Below, piece after piece: positions 26,302-35,442 of a stretch of 64,000 nucleotides of DNA. Source of the DNA: an uncultured bacterium (GTDB lineage: Bacteria; Patescibacteriota; Minisyncoccia; Phycocordibacterales; UBA11359); the NCBI GenBank assembly GCA_903831815.1, contig CAIKZC010000001.1, positions 149,502 to 213,501 of the forward strand, given 5' to 3'. The stretch's first letter is position 1; each line of letters opens with the position of its first letter. The translations under genes and the position numbers were made by a program. The notes below the pieces were generated by a model. It saw nothing but the letters and a program-made list of their open reading frames with translations. It ran no database searches and was not told the DNA's origin.

Positions 26302-27045
26302 TTAATTCAACGCGTTCCACATTATTTCAAATTGTTCTTTTTGCATTTGCACAATACTTCTATTTTCAATCACCACCGTCATTATTGGCGCAGCCATTTG
26401 AGTAATGATGACTCGATGAGGAGTGATGACCATGTTTGCCGACAACACAGTATCTTTCGGTAGAAATTTTACAGTCATTGTAGTATTTCTTTCTATCTCT
26501 TTATAATAATGCGCGTCACTTGTATCCTGCAAAATCGCTCGCAAATTTAAATTATATTTAACTCGGTTTTCAATAAACTTGGTAAAATAATCTCTGTCCA
26601 TACTCAAAAACTTTTCCATATCAGAAATAACCACGTAATCATCTCCGGGTTTCAGTCCATCAAGAATGTGATCATAAACAGTTCTAACACCTTGAACACC
26701 TTCATAATATTTTATAAAACTTTCTCCACCTTTTAAGTTGTACATTGCCGTAAGTTCCGGTAGCACTTTTTTAAACCGATCCTTTTTCTGTTCAAATATT
26801 TGTTCAAGTTTTTCCGGACCTTCAGCCGTATATAGAGTTTTGAGACCTTTCACTTCGTTAATGATCAAACCTCTCAGTTTAAGGGTTTCAAGCACAGAAT
26901 ATGCTGTCGTTCTCTTAATTTCAGCTTCTTTAGCAATCTTTAGAACCGTGGCAGGCCCGAGGGAAAGGGAAGAAAGGTAAACTTTAGACTCATTTTCCGA
27001 AAGCCCTAAATCCTGAATATATGATATAAAATCTATTTTTTTCAT
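26302..27045 (-). CDS. TrmB-family transcriptional regulator (HTH plus C-terminal effector domain). The start is placed at MKKIDFISYI.
   Basis: It has the N-terminal wHTH LGLSENESKVYLSSLSLGPATVLKIAKEAEIKRTTAYSVLETL followed by a TrmB-like C-domain. Confidence 0.6.
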   Translation of the reverse strand: MKKIDFISYIQDLGLSENESKVYLSSLSLGPATVLKIAKEAEIKRTTAYSVLETLKLRGLIINEVKGLKTLYTAEGPEKLEQIFEQKKDRFKKVLPELTAMYNLKGGESFIKYYEGVQGVRTVYDHILDGLKPGDDYVVISDMEKFLSMDRDYFTKFIENRVKYNLNLRAILQDTSDAHYYKEIERNTTMTVKFLPKDTVLSANMVITPHRVIITQMAAPIMTVVIENRSIVQMQKEQFEIMWNALN

Positions 27046-27267
27046 ATAATTTTTACTATTTTGAATATATGTCAAACTATTTGACAACACTATTATTACA
27101 TAATCTGCATAATTAGCAAGCTAATTTACAGCCTATATGTGGATATGTCGTCATATTTGACATACTATACAATAATGTGCTATACTTGTAAATAGATAAA
27201 CAGTTCTTTGACTAAGGGTTCTTCACTTGTTGTGAGGGACAAATAGCCAAAAGGAAAGGAGATTGCG

Positions 27268-27867
27268 ATGAATAACGTGACGAAGTTTGCGAAGTGGTTT
27301 CTTGAGAATTTCCCCGTCGATTGCATGACATGCAGTTCCAAGGTGACATCCTCATCAACACGAATCGGCAGAATGCTGCTGAAATTGCAACTTCCATTGG
27401 AGAAATTGCAATATGTAGCCCGTTTCAAGAAAGAAGGAAACGACGAAGATGGTGATACTGTGTACACTGCCTGGTTTGTGGGTTGTAGTCGTGGACCAGA
27501 AGTGCCATCGCTGTACGGTCCGGAAGCGTTCATTGCCGAGCTTGAATACCTAACAGGCGAAAAGGCGGAGCTTTCAACCGAAAAGAGGGGGCGAGTTGAT
27601 ATGTTCGGACAAGCCCTACTGAAGGAGATCGAAAGGATTGCGATCCAAAGAAAGGAGAACTTAAAACTTTCTCAGAAATGGTCGATACTCAATACTGAGC
27701 TTACGACAATCGCAAAGGAACTTAAACCAACGTTTGAGGCAATAGCAATTAGAATAACCTCATCCGAATCTTGGGATGAAAAACTCCGCGAGATTTTTGA
27801 AAAGAAATGGGTTGAGCTCGGTCTCGACAAACTTCCGATCCCGAAAGCACCTAAGCCACAAAAATAG
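27268..27867 (+). CDS. Hypothetical protein (199 aa), GC-elevated, and a paralog of the next gene
   Basis: A TTGACA-N18-TATACT promoter lies at about 27155-27190 and the RBS is AAAGGAGATTGCG. The N-terminus MNNVTKFAKWFLENFPVDCMTCSS parallels MNNVTQFAVWLLIVTEDIKCLGCWS of the 27992 ORF. Confidence 0.55.
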   Translation: MNNVTKFAKWFLENFPVDCMTCSSKVTSSSTRIGRMLLKLQLPLEKLQYVARFKKEGNDEDGDTVYTAWFVGCSRGPEVPSLYGPEAFIAELEYLTGEKAELSTEKRGRVDMFGQALLKEIERIAIQRKENLKLSQKWSILNTELTTIAKELKPTFEAIAIRITSSESWDEKLREIFEKKWVELGLDKLPIPKAPKPQK

Positions 27868-27991
27868 GTACGGTCTGGCAGGTACCGATAAACCTGCTTG
27901 CTCTCCGCCACAGGCGGACTGATGAGTCTTCCGATAGCGTGTGCTACCGGCAAGACGAAAGCAGAAAGTTCTTTCACAAGAAGGAGATACG

Positions 27992-28495
27992 ATGAATAAC
28001 GTAACACAGTTCGCAGTATGGTTACTCATTGTAACGGAGGATATCAAATGTCTGGGTTGTTGGAGCATGAGCGATTCTCGGGTAGATTTCTTAATAAGAA
28101 TCACCAAAAAACTGTTAGCCCTTCAACTCCCGGTTGAAAAGATAAAGGTAACAGCAGAATTGTATAAGACCGGGAAAGGAGATACATTTATCAGGTTCGT
28201 GGAACCATGCAGTCAGTTTCAGTTTCTCGCTGAACTGGAGTTGGTCTCGGAACAAACCATTGAGAGTTTGACTGAGAAACAGCGGCAGGAAGTTGAGGCT
28301 GCGAAGGAGATAATCCGAAAGGAAATTCTTAGGCTCAAACTACAGGAAGAGAGACGTAAGACAATCGAAGCAGAAGTTACAAAATTCATTAACGAGTTAA
28401 TGAATTCGATGGACAACGAAAATGATTTACAACTTCTTCGAACTGAAGTCCCAGATCTTGTAAGCAAACTTCTCTACCAACAAAGAAAGGTGTGA
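27992..28495 (+). CDS. Hypothetical protein (168 aa), tandem paralog of 27268-27867. The start is set at the RBS-preceded MNNVTQ rather than the ORF-track upstream Met.
   Basis: The RBS AAGGAGATACG precedes the ATG. Conserved blocks are shared with the upstream paralog (LQLP.EK..V.A....G.GDT), and the C-terminus is coiled-coil-like. A terminator lies at 28500-28535. Confidence 0.55.
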   Translation: MNNVTQFAVWLLIVTEDIKCLGCWSMSDSRVDFLIRITKKLLALQLPVEKIKVTAELYKTGKGDTFIRFVEPCSQFQFLAELELVSEQTIESLTEKQRQEVEAAKEIIRKEILRLKLQEERRKTIEAEVTKFINELMNSMDNENDLQLLRTEVPDLVSKLLYQQRKV

Positions 28496-28555
28496 TCGAC
28501 AAAAACCCCGGCACTTTCGCTCGGGGTTTTCTTTTTGAATAAGTTTTTTTGAAAA

Positions 28556-29323
28556 TTATTTTATCTCCAGCGAAATAGGGCAATGGTCGGAACCATAGAT
28601 GTGCGACAAAATTTCGGTTTTATTTATGCGCGGCAATAAATCGGACGAAACAAAAAAGTAATCGATGCGCCAGCCGACATTGCGGTCACGAGCAGCGGTT
28701 TTCATATCCCAATAAGTGTACGCGTCAATTTTATTCGGATTTAAATGTCGAAATATATCGACGTAGCCATGATTAACGACTTCATCTATCCACGCGCGCT
28801 CTTCCGGCAAAAATCCGGTGTTCTCTTCATTCTCTTTTGGTCGAGCCAGATCAATTTCTTCATGTGCAGTATTAATGTCACCACAAAAAATAACTGATTT
28901 GCTTTGCTTGCGCAGTTTCTCCACAAATTTCAAAAACTCGTCATAAAATTCCAATTTATATTTCAAACGCTCCGGCCCGCCTCCGCCGTTCGGAAAATAA
29001 ACATTGAGCAAAACAAAATCTTTGTAATACGCAGCAATGAGTCGCCCCTCGATATCCAAATGGGGAAGTCCTAGCACGAATTCAACTTTCTCCGGTTTTA
29101 TTTTTGAATACAAAGCCACGCCGCTGTAACCTTTTTTCTCTTTTGGCGAATCGAAATAAGAAAAATAACCGTGAGGGTTTCTGATTTCTTCCGGCAATTG
29201 TTCGGCGGTCGCTTTCACTTCCTGCAAACAAAAAATATCCGGTCGCTCGATCATGAGCCATTGCCAATTGCCTTTTTTGACCACTGCACGCAGACCATTT
29301 ACGTTCCAAGAAATGATTTTCAT
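28556..29323 (-). CDS. xth: Exodeoxyribonuclease III (AP endonuclease, EEP family). The start is at MKIISWNVNG.
   Basis: Motifs WNVNG, QE.K, GD.N..H..ID and SDHCP are present. The split palindromic motif lies 8 nt upstream of the ATG. Confidence 0.9.
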   Translation of the reverse strand: MKIISWNVNGLRAVVKKGNWQWLMIERPDIFCLQEVKATAEQLPEEIRNPHGYFSYFDSPKEKKGYSGVALYSKIKPEKVEFVLGLPHLDIEGRLIAAYYKDFVLLNVYFPNGGGGPERLKYKLEFYDEFLKFVEKLRKQSKSVIFCGDINTAHEEIDLARPKENEENTGFLPEERAWIDEVVNHGYVDIFRHLNPNKIDAYTYWDMKTAARDRNVGWRIDYFFVSSDLLPRINKTEILSHIYGSDHCPISLEIK

Positions 29324-29330
29324 AGAATTC

Positions 29331-29359
29331 ACTATCTTAGGGTTACACCACTTAAGATA
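29331..29359. promoter_or_regulatory. Split copy of the palindromic motif, ACTATCTTA-GGGTTACACCA-CTTAAGATA, upstream of xth
   Basis: The half-sites are separated by GGGTTACACCA. The same AGGGTTACAC block flanks the intact palindrome at 43536-43558. Confidence 0.4.
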
Positions 29360-29483
29360 AGATACTGAAATGGTATCAATAATCGCCTCAAAATGAAACA
29401 GTTCTTCAATTTTTATTCTCTTGAATATTTTTGACATTTATTGTATAAGTTACGTCAGATCCTAACACTAACCTGGAGGAAAC

Positions 29484-29873
29484 ATGCAGTTAAGCGTAAG
29501 AATACGTTTTGTCGATTCCCGAAGTTTGGTTCCATTCGAAGCAGAAAGAGTGCCGTTTGGCCAGCTTTATGAGTTCCTTTTCCGAGTAGCCCAAAGAACA
29601 TCAGACTTGTTCGGTAACGAGCAGGTCCTTCATTTGGAGGCAACAACGGCAAGGCTTGCCGGCTCTCCCGGTCCATCCATTACTCATATCACGGAAATTT
29701 GGATCGGACGCACGTCGAGAGAGGTTTTGCCTGAAGCCAAGTTGTGTTCGTACTTTTGGCAATACCCCGCGCTCGACCAGATAGACGAGAAGCAAAGGGA
29801 CGAGTTGGTCGGTGAATTGTCGACGAACCTAAACATCGGTCTGAGCAGATGGATGCCTGAAATGAAAAGATAG
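29484..29873 (+). CDS. Hypothetical protein (129 aa) in a GC-elevated cassette
   Basis: The RBS is CTGGAGGAAAC, and a terminator at 29905-29950 (AACCCGACGAGCAAGAGTCGGGTTTTTT) follows. Confidence 0.5.
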   Translation: MQLSVRIRFVDSRSLVPFEAERVPFGQLYEFLFRVAQRTSDLFGNEQVLHLEATTARLAGSPGPSITHITEIWIGRTSREVLPEAKLCSYFWQYPALDQIDEKQRDELVGELSTNLNIGLSRWMPEMKR

Positions 29874-29947
29874 CGGCATTCCAAGACGACGAATCATGAC
29901 AACACGTGCAGCCGCACAAGCAACCCGACGAGCAAGAGTCGGGTTTT

Positions 29948-30973
29948 TTATTTTCTGTTCTTACCGTGAAATTTTTTGTGAATATCGCCGAGATGCTTGT
30001 CGGTGACGTGAGTGTAAATTTGAGTTGTGCCGATATTGGCGTGACCAAGGAGCGCTTGCACCGAGCGTAGATCGGCACCGTTAGACAAAAGATCTGTCGC
30101 AAAGCTGTGTCTGATGACGTGTGGCGTAACTTTTTTAGAAATTCCAGCTTTGACGGCGTAATGTTTGACGATGCGCTCCACCGAACGGCGAGTTAATGCT
30201 GAAATATCCGTGCCGTCGTCGCGGGTAGTCTTTTTTTTGTCAGGTTTTTCACTTTTTGTGTCGTTTTTTTTGGTTTCAGTAGTTTTTTCACTCTTTTCAG
30301 CCTTCACACTCTTTTGAAAACCGTTTTCACCACCAACTTTCACAAAAAGTGCATCTTCCATGTCTTTGCGCTTGTCCAAATAGGTTTTGAGCGCCATGCG
30401 AGCAGTTTCCGAAAGAAAAACCACGCGAACTTTGCCACCTTTGCCACGAATCGAGAAATGATCGGCGCGAATATCCAAATCGCGCGAAAGAGAACACAAT
30501 TCCGACACACGAAGCCCGGTCGAGAACAATAATTCCAAAATCGCGCGGTCACGCAGAGACCCAACGTCACTTCCGTCAGGCGCAGCAAGCAAACGTGTCA
30601 ATTCTTCGGCCGAAATAAAGTCGATTTGGCGTTCGTTGACCTTGGCTAGCTCGATGCGCTCGGCCGGCAACGACTCAATTTTCTGCCGAGTCAAATATTT
30701 TAGAAATGCCCGCAATGCAATCAGGTAATAATTCTGAGTTTTCTTGGAAAGAGTGAGTCCTAGAGCCTTATTATTCCCAGTGGACTGGCGATTTAGCCAC
30801 AAACGGAAAGTGCGAATTACTTCATCCGTGATTTTTTTCGGATCTTCCGTCTTGGCAAAATTTAAGAAAACATCCAAATAATGCTCATAGTTAGCCACCG
30901 TTTTGAGGCTTCGGCCTTTTTCGATTTCAGTATATTCGAGAAATTGACGTTTTAAATCTTGTAAATTTGCCAT
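29948..30973 (-). CDS. Tyrosine site-specific recombinase of the XerC/XerD family, with a Lys/Glu/Thr-rich insertion
   Basis: It has the N-terminal SAM-like core-binding domain and catalytic R..HxxRHSFAT...Y residues (GHANIGTTQIYTHV). A roughly 50-aa KE-rich low-complexity insert precedes the HxxR box. Confidence 0.85.
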   Translation of the reverse strand: MANLQDLKRQFLEYTEIEKGRSLKTVANYEHYLDVFLNFAKTEDPKKITDEVIRTFRLWLNRQSTGNNKALGLTLSKKTQNYYLIALRAFLKYLTRQKIESLPAERIELAKVNERQIDFISAEELTRLLAAPDGSDVGSLRDRAILELLFSTGLRVSELCSLSRDLDIRADHFSIRGKGGKVRVVFLSETARMALKTYLDKRKDMEDALFVKVGGENGFQKSVKAEKSEKTTETKKNDTKSEKPDKKKTTRDDGTDISALTRRSVERIVKHYAVKAGISKKVTPHVIRHSFATDLLSNGADLRSVQALLGHANIGTTQIYTHVTDKHLGDIHKKFHGKNRK

Positions 30974-31111
30974 TTTTAGCCTGTTTTAACCATTTCCAAC
31001 TTCTATTAAATCAGTGTGAGTATTTATTGTGCGACACGTATATTATAGTACATATCACCAGAACACGATACAGGGGTTGCGTAAATTTTCCTTTTATGCT
31101 ATTATTCCCGC

Positions 31112-31387
31112 ATGCTTACGAAACGAAAGAAATTGAATATCATCAAGGAAACAGCCGTCCATGACAAGGATACCGGTTCTCCTGAGGTGCAGATTTCATT
31201 ACTTACCAAACGAATTGAGGAACTTACCGATCATTTGAAGGTTCATGGTAAGGATAAGCACTCAAGACGCGGTTTACTTCAGATGGTAGCCAATCGCGCA
31301 ACCCATATGAACTATTTGCAAAAGAAAAACACTCGACGCTTTAACGGTTTGATGAAGAAACTCAATCTCAAGAAGCGAGCAGCTTAA
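31112..31387 (+). CDS. rpsO: 30S ribosomal protein S15
   Basis: It has GSPEVQISLLTKRIEELTDHLKVHGKDKHSRRGLLQMV. A terminator at 31388-31425 follows. Confidence 0.95.
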   Translation: MLTKRKKLNIIKETAVHDKDTGSPEVQISLLTKRIEELTDHLKVHGKDKHSRRGLLQMVANRATHMNYLQKKNTRRFNGLMKKLNLKKRAA

Positions 31388-31522
31388 CAAACAACGGGGC
31401 ACTCGCCCTGTTGTTTCGTTTAAGAAGTTTTTTTAAGGCATATAAAGTCGTTTCGTAGTATAGTTAGTAGGCGAGTGCAAATCGCAGCAGTTTTTTATAA
31501 ATAATCAGAAGCTCATTTTTTT

Positions 31523-32095
31523 ATGACAGTTATTAAACACAAAGATCAACGCGTCGGTATTTTTATTGATACACAAAATCTATATCACAGCGCAAAAAAC
31601 CTTTATCATGCTCGGGTTAATTTTGGAGCAGTAGTCAAAGAAGCTCTCGGCGGTCGTTCTCTTATTCGCGCCGTCGCTTATGTTATCACCACCGAATCAG
31701 GTGAAGAAAAAGCATTTTTTGATGCCTTGGAAAAAGTTGGAATTGAAACCAAGACCAAAGATCTGCAAATTTTTATGGGTGGATCAAAAAAAGCCGATTG
31801 GGACGTAGGACTTGCCGTTGATGCCATTAAACTCGCACCAAAACTCGACACAGTCATCCTCGCAACAGGGGACGGCGACTTCGTACCGCTTGTAGAATAC
31901 CTCCGAACTAATCAAGGTTGCCAAGTTGAAGTTATTTCCTTCGGCAAATCCACTTCCAGTATGTTGAAAGAAGCGACCGACGACTTCATCGATATGTGCG
32001 ATAATCCGAAAAAATATTTATTGGGTAATCAAAAACAACAAAATGGGGAGCGAAAACAGGAGCAGAAAACGGAAAACGGAAAAGAGGTTAAGTAA
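31523..32095 (+). CDS. NYN-domain (LabA-like) protein, the second copy in the window
   Basis: Motifs GIFIDTQNLY and ILATGDGDFVPLVE are present. It is inserted between rpsO and pnp. Confidence 0.75.
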   Translation: MTVIKHKDQRVGIFIDTQNLYHSAKNLYHARVNFGAVVKEALGGRSLIRAVAYVITTESGEEKAFFDALEKVGIETKTKDLQIFMGGSKKADWDVGLAVDAIKLAPKLDTVILATGDGDFVPLVEYLRTNQGCQVEVISFGKSTSSMLKEATDDFIDMCDNPKKYLLGNQKQQNGERKQEQKTENGKEVK

Positions 32096-32161
32096 TTTTA
32101 ATTTCTCTGTAAAATTTAAATTTAAGATGTAAAACAAGCCTATACTTGATATACTTTAAAT

Positions 32162-33079
32162 ATGCCAGAAAAATTTCATTTTGGTTTTTTAGAAAATCAA
32201 AAAAGATTTGATGAGTTACCAACCGAAGAAAAAGAGTCTTTAATTAATAAGGCTCATGAAGAGGCATTATTGCTAAATGAAAAAGTGGATAAGTATTCTG
32301 ATGAAGGTATGTCCAAGTCTGGTTTCGTCGAAAACCTAGTCAATAAGGAGGAGAATGTCGATTCCTTAATGAGTATTTACAAACACGGAATTATACCGAT
32401 TGTTGAAAAATTAAAAGATGATATTGAAAAAGGAGTGTTTGACACACTGATTAGTGACGATGCTGGTGCAAGATTGCCAACATTAATATTTAAAGACATT
32501 CTTAAAGCAAAAGGTCCAGAAGCCAAGGAAATAAAGGTACATTTTCTTGCATTGGGTCAAAGGTTACACGAAAGATTCGGTTCAAGTTATAGTTCTGAAT
32601 TAGAGGAGTATGTGCGAAATCATAAGGATGAATGGGGTAAGGTTCTACTTGTGACCGAGTATTCTGGAACAGGCGCAACACTGCGCCGTATTCATACGAT
32701 GTTTAAAAACACGGGTGTAACTAATTATGATGTTGCTGCACTCTACTCTAATTTTGAACTCGAGGGTCAGGTTACTGCACCTAATGGTGATATTCAGAGA
32801 ACATTTACAGGTGAAGTTGGTTCAAACGAACAAATAATCGGTAATACACTTAGTCGTCGCAGTAGACAGTTTAGTGGAGTTAAAAGACCTGAGAGTTCTT
32901 CTCCTTTTCCAATACGTCGTGATAAATCACCGAATGAACAATATCATGAAAAAGAAAAATTGATGATGCAAGAAATAATGAATATGGCGAGAAAATACGC
33001 ACAAAAGGCTGCTCAAGAAATTATCGACGAGGTTTGGAATAAAAAACAGGTCAATCAACAAAATACGCAAAACTCCTAG
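32162..33079 (+). CDS. Hypothetical protein (305 aa) with a possible PRTase-like nucleotide-binding motif
   Basis: VLLVTEYSGTGATL resembles the type-I phosphoribosyltransferase PRPP-binding loop (hhhhDDhhxTGxT) but has EY in place of DD. No other recognizable features. Confidence 0.4.
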   Translation: MPEKFHFGFLENQKRFDELPTEEKESLINKAHEEALLLNEKVDKYSDEGMSKSGFVENLVNKEENVDSLMSIYKHGIIPIVEKLKDDIEKGVFDTLISDDAGARLPTLIFKDILKAKGPEAKEIKVHFLALGQRLHERFGSSYSSELEEYVRNHKDEWGKVLLVTEYSGTGATLRRIHTMFKNTGVTNYDVAALYSNFELEGQVTAPNGDIQRTFTGEVGSNEQIIGNTLSRRSRQFSGVKRPESSSPFPIRRDKSPNEQYHEKEKLMMQEIMNMARKYAQKAAQEIIDEVWNKKQVNQQNTQNS

Positions 33080-33195
33080 AATTTGCTAGAATAAAGATGT
33101 TAATAGTAACCGAGGCCTTTGGATAGGTAGGTTTGAAGTACATTTGGAAAAATGTATTATTTCAAATCTGAAATCTGGAGGTCTCTAAAAATAAT

Positions 33196-35442
33196 ATGCA
33201 AACGAAAGAATATTCGTTGGAAATCGGTGGGACGACGATCACGGCGCAGTTTAGTAATTTGGCCGATCAGGCACACGGTTCATGTATCGTGAAGTCGGGT
33301 GGCACGGTAGTACTTGCGACCGCAGTCATGTCCGAAAAAGAAAAAGAGGGAAGCGACTTTTTTCCTTTGACCGTTGAGTATGAGGAACGTTTCTATGCTG
33401 TCGGAAAAATTCTCGGAAGCCAATTTGTGCGTCGCGAGGGCAAAGCTTCCGAAGAAGCCACTTTGACCGGCCGAATTGTTGACCGAACTATCCGTCCACT
33501 TTTCAATCAACAAATCAGGAATGAAGTACAGGTCATCATCACCGTCCTTGCTCTCGATGAACAAGATCCGGACACTCTCGCCGTTTTGGCAGCATCACTC
33601 GCACTTGGAACTTCAAATATTCCTTGGGGAGGACCAGTGAGCGCGGCTAGGATTTTGAACTTGAAAAATGCGGCTGGTCAGGCCGATGTAGGTTATTTGG
33701 TCAATCCAAATTATGTTTCGCGCAAACAACCGAACATCAATTTTGAAATGATTGCTTGCGGCAAGGATGGAAACATAAACATGATCGAAGTGGGCGGTTT
33801 TGAAGCTTCGGAAAAAGTCATGATCGAAGCTCTTGATCATGCATCAAAAGAAATTGAAAAGATCCAGGAATTCCAGAAAAATATCATCAAAGAGATCGGC
33901 AAAGAAAAGCGCGTTATAAAATTACCGGAAATTTTGCCAGAGGTCGCCGCTTTATATAAAGAAGTGATCGAACCGGAAATGGACGCTTCGCTTTTCACCA
34001 AAGGCAAAGCCGGCATGCACAATATGCAGAAAAAATGGTCTGAGCTTGTTAAAGAGAAATTTCCAGAATCAGATATTATGCTCGCCGAAGCTTATTGTGA
34101 TGAAAAAATAAATCAATATATTCACAAAGAGGCGATCGAGAAACAACGACGACCTGATGGCCGAAAACTAGACGAGATCCGACCACTTTTTGCTGAAGCT
34201 GGTGGAATTGCACCTGTACTTCACGGTACCGGAACATTCTATCGTGGCGAAACACATGTGCTCGGTGTACTTACACTTGGTGGCCCACAAGACACACAAA
34301 CTATCGACAGTATCGAAGACCCAGGCAAAAAACGCTTCATGCTTCATTACAATTTTCCTCCATATTCAAGCGGCGAAACCGGTCGCATGGGCGGAACAAA
34401 TCGTCGCATGATTGGACACGGTGCGCTCGCAGAAAAAGCTTTGTTTGCCGTTTTGCCTCCACTAACAAAATTCCCATACACGATTCGTATCGTCGCTGAA
34501 GCCATGGCTTCGAACGGTTCGACTTCGATGGCTTCGGTTTGCGCCGGAACAATCGCGATGATGGATGGAGGTGTGCCGATTTTGCGGCCGGTGGCAGGCA
34601 TTGCTTCTGGCCTCATGATGCAAAGCCCTGAAAAATACGTCGTGTTGACTGACATACAAGGACCGGAGGATCACCACGGTGACATGGATTTCAAAGTGGC
34701 CGGCACAACCGAAGGAATCACCGCGGTTCAAATGGACGTAAAAGTTGACGGTATTCCACTTAAAATTTTGGCCGAAGCTTTTGAAAAAGCTCGACTCGCA
34801 CGTTTGCAAATTTTGGATGTCATTACGAAAGCTATTCCAGCTCCACGTCCACAAATTTCTTCTCGAGCTCCACGCATTTTGGCGATTATGATCAAAGAAG
34901 ATCAGATCGGTCTCATTATCGGTCCTGGCGGAAAAACTATTAACGAAATTATCGACAAAACCGGTGCAGAAATAAATATCGAAGAAGACGGCACAGTTAT
35001 GATTGTCGGAAAAGGGGACAGCGTCGACAATGCCGCAAACATAATTCGCAACATGACGCGAGAATATTTGAAAGGCGAAAGATTTACCGCCGAAGTTATG
35101 AAAATTACGGACTTTGGCGCTTTTGTGAAAATTGGACCAAATACCGAAGGACTAGTCCATGTTTCCGAGATCGCGCCTTTCCGAGTTGATCGAGTCGAAA
35201 AATATTTGAAGCTTGGACAGCAAGTTCCTGTTATAATAAAAGATATTGATGAAAAGAATCGTCTCAGCTTATCAATCAAACTAGCCGACGCAAATTTCAT
35301 CAAACAAATTCCGGTTGCACCTATGGCAAGCGCAGCACCTAGACCGGCAACACCTACAACAACCGCACCGACTAGTGCACCGACAACTAATCCAACAACA
35401 AACGGAGTAAACAATGGACCCCAGAAACCAACCACAATTTAA
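33196..35442 (+). CDS. pnp: Polyribonucleotide nucleotidyltransferase (PNPase) with a Pro/Thr-rich C-terminal tail
   Basis: It has two RNase PH domains, a KH domain and an S1 domain (GGGDTL..., FGAFVKIGPNTEGLVHVSEI), and the tail APRPATPTTTAPTSAPTTNPTTN. Confidence 0.95.
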   Translation: MQTKEYSLEIGGTTITAQFSNLADQAHGSCIVKSGGTVVLATAVMSEKEKEGSDFFPLTVEYEERFYAVGKILGSQFVRREGKASEEATLTGRIVDRTIRPLFNQQIRNEVQVIITVLALDEQDPDTLAVLAASLALGTSNIPWGGPVSAARILNLKNAAGQADVGYLVNPNYVSRKQPNINFEMIACGKDGNINMIEVGGFEASEKVMIEALDHASKEIEKIQEFQKNIIKEIGKEKRVIKLPEILPEVAALYKEVIEPEMDASLFTKGKAGMHNMQKKWSELVKEKFPESDIMLAEAYCDEKINQYIHKEAIEKQRRPDGRKLDEIRPLFAEAGGIAPVLHGTGTFYRGETHVLGVLTLGGPQDTQTIDSIEDPGKKRFMLHYNFPPYSSGETGRMGGTNRRMIGHGALAEKALFAVLPPLTKFPYTIRIVAEAMASNGSTSMASVCAGTIAMMDGGVPILRPVAGIASGLMMQSPEKYVVLTDIQGPEDHHGDMDFKVAGTTEGITAVQMDVKVDGIPLKILAEAFEKARLARLQILDVITKAIPAPRPQISSRAPRILAIMIKEDQIGLIIGPGGKTINEIIDKTGAEINIEEDGTVMIVGKGDSVDNAANIIRNMTREYLKGERFTAEVMKITDFGAFVKIGPNTEGLVHVSEIAPFRVDRVEKYLKLGQQVPVIIKDIDEKNRLSLSIKLADANFIKQIPVAPMASAAPRPATPTTTAPTSAPTTNPTTNGVNNGPQKPTTI

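Noticed and set aside
26085-26405. 106-aa plus-strand ORF after cca
   Set aside because: It reads through a strong intrinsic terminator and into the antisense of the trmB-like gene. The region is more likely a 3' UTR or sRNA.
24353-30973. Genomic island delimited by tRNA-Arg and the Xer-family tyrosine recombinase
   Set aside because: The recombinase is 5.5 kb from the tRNA. The interval contains core genes (cca, xth), and I found no direct repeat of the tRNA 3' end. The recombinase looks like the chromosomal XerC/XerD.
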